Origin: a virus
Lineage: Duplodnaviria > Caudoviricetes
Virus record (IMG/VR): IMGVR_UViG_3300025632_000005
Span: 1 to 58,901 of that record
DNA: 58,901 nucleotides
Strand: one strand, 5' to 3'
Shown: positions 27,199-36,505 of the stretch, piece after piece
Layout: each line of letters starts with the position of its first letter
Position numbering within the stretch: position 1 is the first letter of the stretch
Notes under the pieces: generated by a model
What the model was told of the DNA's origin: nothing
Seen by the model: the letters and a program-made list of their open reading frames with translations, nothing else
The model's database searches: none
Translations under genes and position numbers: made by a program

Positions 27199-28025
27199 AA
27201 CACAAACTACTAGATTTATTTTCTGGCATCGGTGGGTTCTCTCTTGGTGCAGAGGCTAACGGCATACCAACTGTAGCCTTTGTAGAGAAAGACCCATTCT
27301 GTCAGAAAGTATTACGTAAACATTGGAGTAACACACCAATCATATCTGATATTAGAACAGTGAAAGGAGAAGATTATGAAACAGATGGAGTTACAATTGT
27401 CAGTGGAGGATTCCCATGCCAACCATTCTCAGTCGCAGGGAAACAAAAAGGAACAGATGACGACAGATACCTCTGGGATGAAACTATTAGAGTCGTTGCC
27501 GAAACAAAACCAGAATGGTTTATTGGAGAAAATGTTGACGGAATTGTTAACATCCAAGACGGCATGGTACTCAGACAAGTGCAAGATGACTTGGAGAAAG
27601 AGGGTTTCCAAGTCCAATGTCTTGTTGTTCCGGCTTCAGGCATCGGTGCTTGGCACCAAAGAAAAAGAGTCTGGATCATTGGACACAATGTATCCAACAC
27701 CATCGGCGAGTTGTCAGATGGATGTAGTGGCACCACCAGACACAGTGAGTCAGAACTCAAAGGGATGGTCAGTGACGAGGCTAAAAACTGGAACAAAGTT
27801 TGGAGCGAAACTAAACGATGTAGTGAACAAACTAAATCCTGGTGGCAAACTGAATCCAAACTTCGTGGAGTTCCTCATGGGATATCCTACGAACTGGACA
27901 AAGATAGAGCCAATCGAATAAAGGCACTTGGTAATTCCATAGTGCCACAGATTGCCTATCAATTATTTAAATCAATAGTAACTGTAACAAAGGAGGACAA
28001 TCATGAGCAAGTCTATTGGTGCTAA
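27195..28025 (+). CDS. DNA (cytosine-5)-methyltransferase, alpha chain
   Basis: Motif I DLFSGIGG, IV GGFPCQPFS, VI ENV, VIII QRKRVW, X ALGNSIV; motif IX absent. Confidence 0.9.
   Translation: MKHKLLDLFSGIGGFSLGAEANGIPTVAFVEKDPFCQKVLRKHWSNTPIISDIRTVKGEDYETDGVTIVSGGFPCQPFSVAGKQKGTDDDRYLWDETIRVVAETKPEWFIGENVDGIVNIQDGMVLRQVQDDLEKEGFQVQCLVVPASGIGAWHQRKRVWIIGHNVSNTIGELSDGCSGTTRHSESELKGMVSDEAKNWNKVWSETKRCSEQTKSWWQTESKLRGVPHGISYELDKDRANRIKALGNSIVPQIAYQLFKSIVTVTKEDNHEQVYWC
27376..27921 (+). CDS. Nested +1-frame ORF, putative C5 methyltransferase beta chain
   Basis: Own AAGGAG RBS; C-terminal LNPNFVEFLMGYP resembles motif IX. Confidence 0.7.
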   Translation: MKQMELQLSVEDSHANHSQSQGNKKEQMTTDTSGMKLLESLPKQNQNGLLEKMLTELLTSKTAWYSDKCKMTWRKRVSKSNVLLFRLQASVLGTKEKESGSLDTMYPTPSASCQMDVVAPPDTVSQNSKGWSVTRLKTGTKFGAKLNDVVNKLNPGGKLNPNFVEFLMGYPTNWTKIEPIE

Positions 28026-28242
28026 AATATATGCAAGAATAGTGGAAGAGAATGGAGGTAAAACCTTTAGACTCGGAACAGAAAAAGATATTCCCAATTG
28101 GGAAGAAGAAAACCGTATGTGGGAGGAAGAAGAAGATTTTTCCACGGATGGTGATAGCATCAACGAGGTAGGCACGACGGATGATGTTGAACAATTACTT
28201 ACTAATATTAACAAACTAATAAAGGAGCACTATGAGGAGTAA
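28003..28242 (+). CDS. Hypothetical acidic protein
   Basis: AAGGAGG RBS. Confidence 0.6.
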   Translation: MSKSIGAKIYARIVEENGGKTFRLGTEKDIPNWEEENRMWEEEEDFSTDGDSINEVGTTDDVEQLLTNINKLIKEHYEE

Positions 28243-28408
28243 TGACCCACGATTCATACATTGCGAACAAGCAATGAATGACTGTCGTCACCAAGCACGA
28301 ATGTCTAGAGTGAAAGGTGAGGACAACAAGGCTATGTGGTATGAGACACAAGCCGACTACTACGAAGAAATGCTACTGCAAGGTAGAGAATACGAACCAT
28401 TATTTTAA
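28232..28408 (+). CDS. Hypothetical protein not in the ORF track (58 aa)
   Basis: AAGGAG RBS; MRSNDPRFIHCEQ...YEPLF. Confidence 0.55.
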   Translation: MRSNDPRFIHCEQAMNDCRHQARMSRVKGEDNKAMWYETQADYYEEMLLQGREYEPLF

Positions 28409-28421
28409 AGGAGACAGACTA

Positions 28422-28628
28422 ATGACAACATATGAAAAATTTGCCAAGAAATATTTTGGTCAACTAAAAGGTTATACCATAATTGATTTTAGATTAGAGG
28501 AGGAGGACGATATAGCTTTCCCTATTTTGATAATGAAGAAAGGAGATAGAACTATTGAGGTAGCCGTTAGCCAAGACGAAGAGGGTAACGGAGGTGGTCA
28601 TCTATTTATAGAGGGGTCAATATGTTAA
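28422..28628 (+). CDS. Conserved small phage protein
   Basis: Start revised to MTTYEK (AAGGAG RBS); SQDEEGNGGGHL motif. Confidence 0.6.
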   Translation: MTTYEKFAKKYFGQLKGYTIIDFRLEEEDDIAFPILIMKKGDRTIEVAVSQDEEGNGGGHLFIEGSIC

Positions 28629-28903
28629 AAGATATTAACGGCTTTGACTACTCAGATGACAAGGACGATGATGATGATGATGACTCACAAGAGCGAGAGT
28701 ATGCTCAAGACGAGACAGTAAAGTTAATCACTAATCTAGAAGCTGAGATTGTTAACAGACAGAATCTGTTTGTTGGTGCTATGACAACCCTCATGGATGC
28801 ATGTTACTTTCATGCTCCAGAGGATTCAAGTGCTACACATTTAATATTAACGGCACATCAGAAAGTGCTAGAAGCGAGAAAGGAAGCGAGTAAAGATGAC
28901 TAA
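28622..28903 (+). CDS. Hypothetical acidic protein
   Basis: GAGG RBS; poly-Asp N-terminal region. Confidence 0.6.
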   Translation: MLKDINGFDYSDDKDDDDDDDSQEREYAQDETVKLITNLEAEIVNRQNLFVGAMTTLMDACYFHAPEDSSATHLILTAHQKVLEARKEASKDD

Positions 28904-29054
28904 ACCAAATAACATAGATATCAATCAGTATATTGAATATGATGAGGGTAAGAATATGAGAATCTATTTTAAAAGAACTCAGTTTATTCAAGATGCTGAA
29001 GAGTACTTACAAAATGATAACCCTGATTATGAGATAGTGGGGATTGATGACTAA
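28896..29054 (+). CDS. Hypothetical protein not in the ORF track (52 aa)
   Basis: MTKPNNIDIN...VGIDD; overlaps both neighbours. Confidence 0.5.
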   Translation: MTKPNNIDINQYIEYDEGKNMRIYFKRTQFIQDAEEYLQNDNPDYEIVGIDD

Positions 29055-29262
29055 AGAACTCTTTGCTTTATATCTAGTTTTCTCTACACCAACTGGTGTG
29101 GAGGAGAGGTTTGTCATGGAACGAAAGAACTGTGACAACCTAGAACCGATCGTTGAACAAGAGTTTAAACGATTGAATATTAACCGAGATGGAATAAACT
29201 CTGGGCATATGTGTATTGGTTGGAAGTTCCATCTTATAAGACAAAGGAATAATCATGATTGA
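29047..29262 (+). CDS. Hypothetical protein
   Basis: Coupled ORF. Confidence 0.55.
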   Translation: MTKELFALYLVFSTPTGVEERFVMERKNCDNLEPIVEQEFKRLNINRDGINSGHMCIGWKFHLIRQRNNHD

Positions 29263-29464
29263 ACCAGTGATCATAACCTTTTGGATTGAAGTTAACTCTC
29301 GGTTATACGAGAAGACTTTACCAAAAGTATACAATGAGTGTGAACCTATCGTCTCTCAAATCTATGAGCAGTACGGTGAGTCTAACGGCAAAGTTGTCGC
29401 AGTAAAATGTGATACATATAAACAATACAAAGATAAGAGGGAGTATTTCCATGGTAAAAAGTAA
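29255..29464 (+). CDS. Hypothetical protein
   Basis: AAGGA RBS. Confidence 0.55.
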   Translation: MIEPVIITFWIEVNSRLYEKTLPKVYNECEPIVSQIYEQYGESNGKVVAVKCDTYKQYKDKREYFHGKK

Positions 29465-29657
29465 CGGATCAGATATAAACGACGACGAGATTCTTTCTGA
29501 TGTAGAGATAGTCTATGCATTAGCTAAGATAAAACACTTCAAAGATATAGTACAAACAGTATCAATTAAAAGATATTCTCAAGAAGAATATGTTGATGTT
29601 GTTGAAGCTATCTTTGAGGATATATTTAACCCACGAACTGACAAGGAGAAACAATAA
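29451..29657 (+). CDS. Hypothetical protein
   Basis: Start revised to MVKSNG (GGGAG RBS). Confidence 0.55.
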   Translation: MVKSNGSDINDDEILSDVEIVYALAKIKHFKDIVQTVSIKRYSQEEYVDVVEAIFEDIFNPRTDKEKQ

Positions 29658-29893
29658 TGAAGTTATCAGTTTTAAAGAGAGAACTTACAAAGGTCATTGA
29701 TCTTGTAAGAAATGGAACGGACATAGAAAACATGAGTGACCAAGAGGTTGAGCATTTAATTAACTATGCTATGTATGAAATACTTTATCTGCCTAAGAAG
29801 AAGTCAACTGCAAGTAAAGTTACTACTTCTACGGATGATAGACCTTGTGACACTGAGGCATCAGATAACGTAGTGAGGGTCAACTTCAAATGA
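29657..29893 (+). CDS. Hypothetical protein
   Basis: AAGGAG RBS; C-terminal DNVVRVNF motif. Confidence 0.6.
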   Translation: MKLSVLKRELTKVIDLVRNGTDIENMSDQEVEHLINYAMYEILYLPKKKSTASKVTTSTDDRPCDTEASDNVVRVNFK

Positions 29894-30384
29894 CGAGTTG
29901 CAAAAGAGTAGGGTGTGATAATGAGGTCACATCCTCACGGAATGTGTATTGTTCCATGACGTGTTCAGCTATTACTAATAACACCAAGTTTCCTAAACGG
30001 ATCAAGAAAGATCCAGGTGTTTTCCGTTGCAACTATTGTAACAAAGAACAACCAAGACGGAACAATACAATGAATAAGTATTGTGATAATGTCTGCCAAC
30101 AAAAGCATCGCAAACATATTCGTAATACTAAAATAGAACGAGATGAACATATGGGTAAGTCTGTTGGTAAGAAGAGACTCATCATATCTTATCTCAAGGA
30201 TACTAACCAATGGCATTGTCACCAATGTAAAGTAGGGGCAGAAGAGGCGCCGATGGAGTTCCATCATATCGATGGGAATCGCTATCACAACCGTCTGTCA
30301 AACTCGATGGTGCTCTGTCGTAATTGTCATGGGAGGACACAGAACTTCGCAGGTAGAAACAAAGGGTGTGGCCACTATATATAG
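29890..30384 (+). CDS. HNH endonuclease with N-terminal Zn-binding repeats
   Basis: YCS..C and YCDNVC repeats; CHQC...HHIDGNR.HN...N...LCRNCH. Confidence 0.85.
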   Translation: MTSCKRVGCDNEVTSSRNVYCSMTCSAITNNTKFPKRIKKDPGVFRCNYCNKEQPRRNNTMNKYCDNVCQQKHRKHIRNTKIERDEHMGKSVGKKRLIISYLKDTNQWHCHQCKVGAEEAPMEFHHIDGNRYHNRLSNSMVLCRNCHGRTQNFAGRNKGCGHYI

Positions 30385-30535
30385 TTATATATAGTTATCT
30401 AGAGATATATATAGTTATAAGAGATATATATAGTTATAAGAGATATATATAGTTATAAGAGATATATATAGTTATACGAGATATATATAGAACTAGCATT
30501 AGACTAACACTAGACTAGTATTAGACTATATATAG
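30376..30535. repeat. AT-rich tandem repeats, putative replication origin
   Basis: Four exact 19-mers AGAGATATATATAGTTATA at 30401-30476 plus partial copies, then about four imperfect 11-mers TAGACTAnnnn; directly upstream of primase-helicase. Confidence 0.8.
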
Positions 30536-30652
30536 TCCCCCTCTGTATATGGGGATAGGCTATCATTGATTTCGAAATCTGACAACCCCTTGACAAAAAT
30601 AATTAGAGGATGTATTTATAGGGCAAGACCCGCAAAAATAAGGAGACGACAT

Positions 30653-32344
30653 ATGACAATAAATTATGACCCAAAAAGGTTTATACGACACACCAGTTGT
30701 GATAAGTGTGGATCATCGGATGCCAATGCTTTATATGCCGACGGCTCTCGCTTCTGTTTCTCGTGCCGAAACTACACTGAACCTCCCAAGGACAAGACCC
30801 GACTTGAGGAACTGCTCGGAGATGACACAAAAATTCAAGGCTCGGCGCCGAAAGTTATACCACTAGGTGTTAGTAAACCTATTACTGAAAGAAAGATAAG
30901 CCAAAAGACTTGTGAGTTCTTTGGTGTGACAACCACTAACGATACTAAACCTAATCTATATAAACACCACTACCCCTACTACGATAGTGAGGGTAACCAC
31001 ATTGCAACCAAGGTCAGAAGAGTTGTCGATAAATCATTCACAGTGGAGGGTAAGACTGGGAAAGCTTTATTGTTTGGCCAACACTTATTTAGTTCTGCTA
31101 ACAATAAGGTGGTAACAATATGTGAGGGAGAGATTGATGCAATGTCTGTCTATGAAATGTTTTCACCTAAAAATTATACAGTCGTTAGTGTTAGGACAGG
31201 CGCAGCTGGAGCTGTTACAGATTGTAAGAAACAATATGAGTATATTAATAGCTACGAAAAAATATATATTTGTTTTGATAATGACGAGCCTGGTCGTGAG
31301 GCGAGCAGAAGAGTCGCTGAACTATTTCCACCAAATAAAGTATTCATTGTAAATCTTACACTCAAAGATCCTAACGACTATTTAGTTCAGAACAAAAAAG
31401 AAGATTTTATTAAACGATATTATTCTGCACAAGCCTATACACCAGAGGGTATCATACTTGGTGAGAATACATGGGATCTTATTGCTAATGAAAAGGTAAT
31501 TGAATCAATACCTTATCCGTGGGAGGGTATGAATACTATGACTTATGGTATGAGACTCGGTGAGTTATGTACGTACACTGCGGGGTCAGGTATAGGTAAG
31601 TCTAGTGTAATGAGAGAACTAGCTTACCACATAATAAAGAACAGTAATCATTCAGTTGGTTGTTTATTTTTAGAAGAATCTATTGAACGAACAACCAAAG
31701 GTATCATGTCTGTACATGCCAACAAACCACTGCACTTACCATTCTGTGAATCAACTATGGAAGAGAAACGTGCAGCATGGGAGGCTACCCTTGGTACAAA
31801 CAAAGTAAGAATGTGGGATCACTTTGGTTCTACTGATATCGATAACATTATATCTAAAGTACAATACCTAGCTAGTGGATTAGATTGTAAGTTTATTATA
31901 CTCGATCACTTAACTATGATTGTATCGGCTATGACTGGTGACAATGAGAGAAGAGCAATCGATAGTATAATGACAAGGCTCAGAACTCTAGTCCAAGAAC
32001 AGAACATACATCTGATGTTGGTATCTCATTTAAGTAGACGAGCTAGTTCAGATAGTGGACACGAAGAAGGTGCGATAGTTAGTCTGTCACAACTCAGAGG
32101 TTCGCATGGTATTGCGCAACTCTCTGACTTTTGTTTCTCATTAGAAAGAAACGGACAAGCAGAAGATATGGAGAAGAGAAACCAAACTATAGTTCGTATA
32201 CTGAAGAACAGATTTAGTGGAGAGACTGGCCCATGTTGTTGGTTACAATGGCATAAAGATAGTGGTCGCTTGACTGAAATATCTAACCCCAAAACCAAAG
32301 ACAACGATGACTTCAAGGAGGTGAATGATGGATTCAAAATTTGA
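30653..32344 (+). CDS. T7 gp4-like primase-helicase
   Basis: Start revised (AAGGAG RBS); CDKCGSSDA...CFSC zinc finger, EGEIDAMS and FDNDEPG TOPRIM, GSGIGKS Walker A, LDHL, LRGS, KNRFSGETG. Confidence 0.95.
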   Translation: MTINYDPKRFIRHTSCDKCGSSDANALYADGSRFCFSCRNYTEPPKDKTRLEELLGDDTKIQGSAPKVIPLGVSKPITERKISQKTCEFFGVTTTNDTKPNLYKHHYPYYDSEGNHIATKVRRVVDKSFTVEGKTGKALLFGQHLFSSANNKVVTICEGEIDAMSVYEMFSPKNYTVVSVRTGAAGAVTDCKKQYEYINSYEKIYICFDNDEPGREASRRVAELFPPNKVFIVNLTLKDPNDYLVQNKKEDFIKRYYSAQAYTPEGIILGENTWDLIANEKVIESIPYPWEGMNTMTYGMRLGELCTYTAGSGIGKSSVMRELAYHIIKNSNHSVGCLFLEESIERTTKGIMSVHANKPLHLPFCESTMEEKRAAWEATLGTNKVRMWDHFGSTDIDNIISKVQYLASGLDCKFIILDHLTMIVSAMTGDNERRAIDSIMTRLRTLVQEQNIHLMLVSHLSRRASSDSGHEEGAIVSLSQLRGSHGIAQLSDFCFSLERNGQAEDMEKRNQTIVRILKNRFSGETGPCCWLQWHKDSGRLTEISNPKTKDNDDFKEVNDGFKI

Positions 32345-34025
32345 CACAGTAGTTCTAGATATAGAGACGGATAGTTTAGATGCTACCAAGGTACATTGTA
32401 TATGTATTCAAGACTATGCAACTGGAGAACAGAGAGACTTTATACAAGAGCAAGGATGTAAAGAGTTCAAAGAGTTTCATAACCACGAACGTAAATACAT
32501 TATGCATAATGGTATAAGCTTCGATGGTCCAGTGCTAGAAAGATTATTAGGTATAACAATTCCTTTGGAAAATATTATTGATACACTTCTTATATCTCAA
32601 ATGATTAATGCACACATAGATGGTGGTCATAGTTTAAAATCTTGGGGTAAGAAACTAACACGAGGTGGTAAGCTAGAGTTTAAAGACTTCGAGGAATATT
32701 CAGAAGAGATGCTGAAGTATTGCCAACAAGATGTATATGTCACACGTAAACTTATGCAACACCTAGCGCCAAAGATAACACGGTTCAGTGTTGAAAGTGT
32801 ACGTATGGAACATCGCATCAGAAGAATCATAGACCAACAAGAGAAGAATGGATTCTATTTAAATATAAACAAGGCACATGATTTGTTAGAAGAGTTGAAG
32901 ACAAAGTCAGAAGATTTAAAGAAAGATTTAAAAACTATATTCCCCACAATATATACACCACGATTTCATAAGACAACCAACAAACCATTAAAGGATCATG
33001 TTGATGAGTTCAACCCTAGTTCTCGTAAACAAATAGCAGAACGATTGCAAAAGAAATATGATTGGGTACCAAGTAAAACTACACCAACTGGTCTACCAGT
33101 TATTGATGAAAAAGTTTTGAAAGAGTTGGAGTATCCAGAGGCTAAGATGATTGCAGAGTATCTGTTGTATGAGAAACGTGTATCACAAATACAATCATGG
33201 TTGAAGAATGTTAAAGATGATAACCGAGTGCACGGTAGAGTTATAACACTGGGTTGTGTGACATCTCGTATGAGTCACTATGGCCCTAATATGGCACAAG
33301 TCCCAGCAAGTTACTCACCTTACGGTAAAGAGTGTCGTTCATTATGGACTATACAAGATCCAAATAAGTATTGTTTAGTTGGTTCGGATGCTAGTGGTTT
33401 AGAACTACGATGCTTTGCCCACTACTTACAGAACCCAAAGTTCACGGAGCAAGTAGTTGATGGTGACATACATACATATAATCAAAAGATTATCGGATTA
33501 AAAGATAGGCCAACGGCCAAGACTTGGGTCTATGCATTTATCTATGGAGCTGGAGATGCAAAGCTAGGTCAGATAGTAGGCGGTGATACGGTTGCTGGAT
33601 TAGGTAGTCGTAAGAGATTTATAAATAAAGTTAAAGGTATGAAAACTTTAACAAGTAACTTAGTTAATTTATTACGACAACGTAAGCGCAAGTATGGTGA
33701 GTACCAATTGGTTGCGCTTGATAAAAGGATTCTACTTGCACGATCCATTCACTCTAGTTTGAACACACTTATTCAAGGAGCGGGTGCAATTATATGTAAG
33801 CAATGGCTACTCAATATAATTGATGAGGTCGACAAGCAGAACTTGGATGCCAAGCCAGTGGCTAACGTCCATGATGAGGTACAGTTTGAAGTCCGTAAGG
33901 AACAAGCTGTAGATTTTGGCAACATTACAAAGGAGGCAATGAAAAATGTAGAGATACAATTTGACTTACGATGTCCACTAGATAGTGAGTATTCAATCGG
34001 CACGACTTGGAAAGAAACCCACTAA
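32328..34025 (+). CDS. polA: Family A DNA polymerase with 3'-5' exonuclease
   Basis: DIET, HNGISFD, YCQQDV exonuclease motifs; DASGLELR (A), RPTAKTWVYAFIYG (B), VHDEVQ (C). Confidence 0.95.
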   Translation: MDSKFDTVVLDIETDSLDATKVHCICIQDYATGEQRDFIQEQGCKEFKEFHNHERKYIMHNGISFDGPVLERLLGITIPLENIIDTLLISQMINAHIDGGHSLKSWGKKLTRGGKLEFKDFEEYSEEMLKYCQQDVYVTRKLMQHLAPKITRFSVESVRMEHRIRRIIDQQEKNGFYLNINKAHDLLEELKTKSEDLKKDLKTIFPTIYTPRFHKTTNKPLKDHVDEFNPSSRKQIAERLQKKYDWVPSKTTPTGLPVIDEKVLKELEYPEAKMIAEYLLYEKRVSQIQSWLKNVKDDNRVHGRVITLGCVTSRMSHYGPNMAQVPASYSPYGKECRSLWTIQDPNKYCLVGSDASGLELRCFAHYLQNPKFTEQVVDGDIHTYNQKIIGLKDRPTAKTWVYAFIYGAGDAKLGQIVGGDTVAGLGSRKRFINKVKGMKTLTSNLVNLLRQRKRKYGEYQLVALDKRILLARSIHSSLNTLIQGAGAIICKQWLLNIIDEVDKQNLDAKPVANVHDEVQFEVRKEQAVDFGNITKEAMKNVEIQFDLRCPLDSEYSIGTTWKETH

Positions 34026-34028
34026 CTG

Positions 34029-34055
34029 TTGACACTATTGATAGTATGGTATACT
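34029..34055 (+). promoter_or_regulatory. Extended -10 promoter upstream of ssb
   Basis: TGgTATACT with TTGACA 15 bp upstream. Confidence 0.55.
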
Positions 34056-34125
34056 GTCGAGGTGTTTCTTTATTGAGACACTAATTTTAATAACTTTTAT
34101 AAACTTTTAATTTAAGGAGATAAAT

Positions 34126-34629
34126 ATGCCAGTAATTTCAGGCACTGCTTATTGGGCGAAAGTCCACCAACCACATTACGATCAATACAATGAACAAGGT
34201 ATCTTTTCTATTGACGTAGCAGTGGATTCAAAGACTAAGAAACAACTACAAGATTTGGGTCTTGGTCCTCGTATTAAAAACAAGGGTGACGAGAGAAATG
34301 ATTTCGTTACTATCAAAAGAAAGTACACTCGTAAGGATGGTACAAAGAACTCTGCACCTCGTGTTGTAGATTCTAAGAAGACACCAATTAGTCCTGATGT
34401 TTTAATCGGCAATGGCTCACAAATTAATGTAGCTTTTGATACATACGATTATAATGTCGGTGGTAACCAAGGTGTTGGCTCATCTTTAAAAGCTGTACAA
34501 GTAACTAAACTAGTTGAGTACAGTCCTTCTGAAAACTTAGATGAGTTCGGTGAAGAGTCTGGATACCAGGCTCCAACTAACGGAGCAACTAAGAAAGATG
34601 GATTGGAAGACGAAACACTTCCATTCTAA
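34126..34629 (+). CDS. ssb: T7 gp2.5-like single-stranded DNA-binding protein
   Basis: G.AYWAKV..P, P.VVD, IGNGS, L.AVQV..LVEY and acidic tail ending LPF. Confidence 0.85.
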   Translation: MPVISGTAYWAKVHQPHYDQYNEQGIFSIDVAVDSKTKKQLQDLGLGPRIKNKGDERNDFVTIKRKYTRKDGTKNSAPRVVDSKKTPISPDVLIGNGSQINVAFDTYDYNVGGNQGVGSSLKAVQVTKLVEYSPSENLDEFGEESGYQAPTNGATKKDGLEDETLPF

Positions 34630-35492
34630 TGTCAGATAAGAAAAGCATAGATACTCTTGTAAAAGATATTTACAAATTGTTTGACGAGGGCAACACTAAT
34701 CAACCCACAACAAATAATTTAAATGAATTTGCAGAGAGTATGAAAGATGCTGTTCTTACTTCTCTAACAGAGAAACAATCCGGTAGCCGAGGTATTCGTA
34801 TGTCGAGCCTCGGCAAACCAGACAGACAATTGTGGTATGAGTTATACAAATCAGAACTAAGAGAGCATATGCCATCTCATGTTCGAATAAAGTTTTTATA
34901 TGGGCATATGTTAGAAGCACTTCTATTATTACTAGCTAAAACGGCAGGACATTCTGTCACAGATGAACAGAGAACATTAGACCTTGATGGAGTTATCGGT
35001 CACCAAGATGCAGTAATAGATGGAGTTGTCGTTGATGTTAAGTCAGCATCACAGTTTGGATTCAGAAAGTTTAGAGAGAATGATCTTACTCCAGAGACAG
35101 ATGCCTTTGGTTATCTTCATCAGATTGCTGCATACTCACAGGCAAATAAGAACGATGAGGTAGGCTTTCTTGCTATTGATAAACAAAGTGGAGCACTTGC
35201 ATTATGCCGTCCACATAAATCAGATATACCTAATGCACGAGAAAGAATTAAACATTTACGAAAAGTATTAAAGGATAAGAACAAACCACCACCAAAATGT
35301 TACGATGAAGAACCAGACGGAGTATCAGGTAACATGAAGTTAAGTATTGGTTGTTCTTACTGCGCATATAAAGTTGACTGTTGGTCTGATGCTAATGATG
35401 GACAAGGATTACGAAAGTTTATCTACAGTAAAGGGCCACGATGGTTAACCAAAGTGGTTAGCGAACCTAATGTTTCAGAAGATATACCATGA
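34629..35492 (+). CDS. PD-(D/E)xK (Cas4-like) exonuclease
   Basis: RMSSLGKPDRQLWY, GHQDAVIDG..VDVKS, Q..AY and CSYCAYK. Confidence 0.85.
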   Translation: MSDKKSIDTLVKDIYKLFDEGNTNQPTTNNLNEFAESMKDAVLTSLTEKQSGSRGIRMSSLGKPDRQLWYELYKSELREHMPSHVRIKFLYGHMLEALLLLLAKTAGHSVTDEQRTLDLDGVIGHQDAVIDGVVVDVKSASQFGFRKFRENDLTPETDAFGYLHQIAAYSQANKNDEVGFLAIDKQSGALALCRPHKSDIPNARERIKHLRKVLKDKNKPPPKCYDEEPDGVSGNMKLSIGCSYCAYKVDCWSDANDGQGLRKFIYSKGPRWLTKVVSEPNVSEDIP

Positions 35493-35971
35493 GTGTATTA
35501 AGAAAAGAAAAAGGATTTTATAGATCCATCTTTGAAGCTACTGTTTGTGCTAGGCTTGATGAAGATAAAGTTAAGTTTGAATATGAAACACTTGTCATAC
35601 CTTATTTAGTTCCAGAGATTAAAAGGACATATACTCCAGACATTATATTAACAAACGGTATTATAATAGAACTTAAAGGACAATTAACAAGAGAAGATAG
35701 AGCCAAGCATTTGTATATTAAAAAGCAAAGACCCGACTTAGATATTAGATTTGTATTACAGAATTCTAGGAATAAACTTTACAAAACTAGCAAAACAACT
35801 TATGGTGATTGGCTAACTAATAATAATTTTATATGGGCAGAACGATTTGTACCAGTGGACTGGATAGATGAACGACCAAAAGAAATTAACACAACAGAAA
35901 TCTTTGTTAAACCAAAGTCAAACCCGAATAGTTTTAGACCCTATACTCGATACGACCACCGAGGGAAATAA
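35489..35971 (+). CDS. T7 endonuclease I-like Holliday junction resolvase
   Basis: YRS.FE, YTPD..L.NG.IIELKG, DRAKHL, DIRFV and TYGDW. Confidence 0.9.
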   Translation: MSVLRKEKGFYRSIFEATVCARLDEDKVKFEYETLVIPYLVPEIKRTYTPDIILTNGIIIELKGQLTREDRAKHLYIKKQRPDLDIRFVLQNSRNKLYKTSKTTYGDWLTNNNFIWAERFVPVDWIDERPKEINTTEIFVKPKSNPNSFRPYTRYDHRGK

Positions 35972-36278
35972 AGAGGGAGAGAATGAAAGAGCATTATTCA
36001 GAGCCGTTATATACCAAGCTTTACTCGATGCTAGTAACGATAATAATAACACCACTAAAGAAGCTGTACATGTTAGGGAAGAAGCTGTTCGTTGGTTTAG
36101 CAAATCTGTTGGGGTTACTGCTTCTTGGTTCGTCGATGTTTGTGATCTTGCTGGTCTGCATTATAGTCAAGTGCGGTCTTTTGCTCGTAAGCTCATTCAT
36201 GAACCTAATAATACAGACTTTCAAAGGAAGAGATTAAATGTACTACTAAACATGACACATGGAGAGGACAAAAAATGA
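35868..36278 (+). CDS. Conserved phage protein
   Basis: ERALFRAVIYQALLDA...A..WF...VCDLAG; start uncertain. Confidence 0.6.
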   Translation: MNDQKKLTQQKSLLNQSQTRIVLDPILDTTTEGNKEGENERALFRAVIYQALLDASNDNNNTTKEAVHVREEAVRWFSKSVGVTASWFVDVCDLAGLHYSQVRSFARKLIHEPNNTDFQRKRLNVLLNMTHGEDKK

Positions 36279-36505
36279 CAGATGATTTAGTAAACAACCC
36301 ACCCCATTACAAATATAATAGTAAAGGTGTCGAGTGTATAGAAGCTATCGAAGCTGCGCTTACACCTGAAGAATACAGAGGATACCTACGTGGACAAGTA
36401 ATGAAGTACTCTTGGAGATGTAATTACAAAGGCAAAAGACTAGAGGATTTACAGAAAGCTCGATGGTATTTAAATAGATATATTGAATTGCTAGAAAAAG
36501 AATGA
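36275..36505 (+). CDS. DUF3310 / SaV-like protein (T7 gp1.7 nucleotide kinase-related)
   Basis: VNNPPHY...ECIEAI...G...KY.WR...K...EDL.KARWYL. Confidence 0.85.
   Translation: MTDDLVNNPPHYKYNSKGVECIEAIEAALTPEEYRGYLRGQVMKYSWRCNYKGKRLEDLQKARWYLNRYIELLEKE

Noticed and set aside
30376-30535. Repeat array as a mini-CRISPR
   Set aside because: Repeats are head to tail with no unique spacers, and no cas genes are seen
32328-34025. Assignment to HMO-2011-type phages
   Set aside because: The polymerase lacks the DnaJ-like CxxCxGxG insertion characteristic of that group, and no integrase is seen
34629-35492. Cas4-like gene as part of a CRISPR system
   Set aside because: It sits between ssb and endonuclease I, the usual place for a phage replication exonuclease
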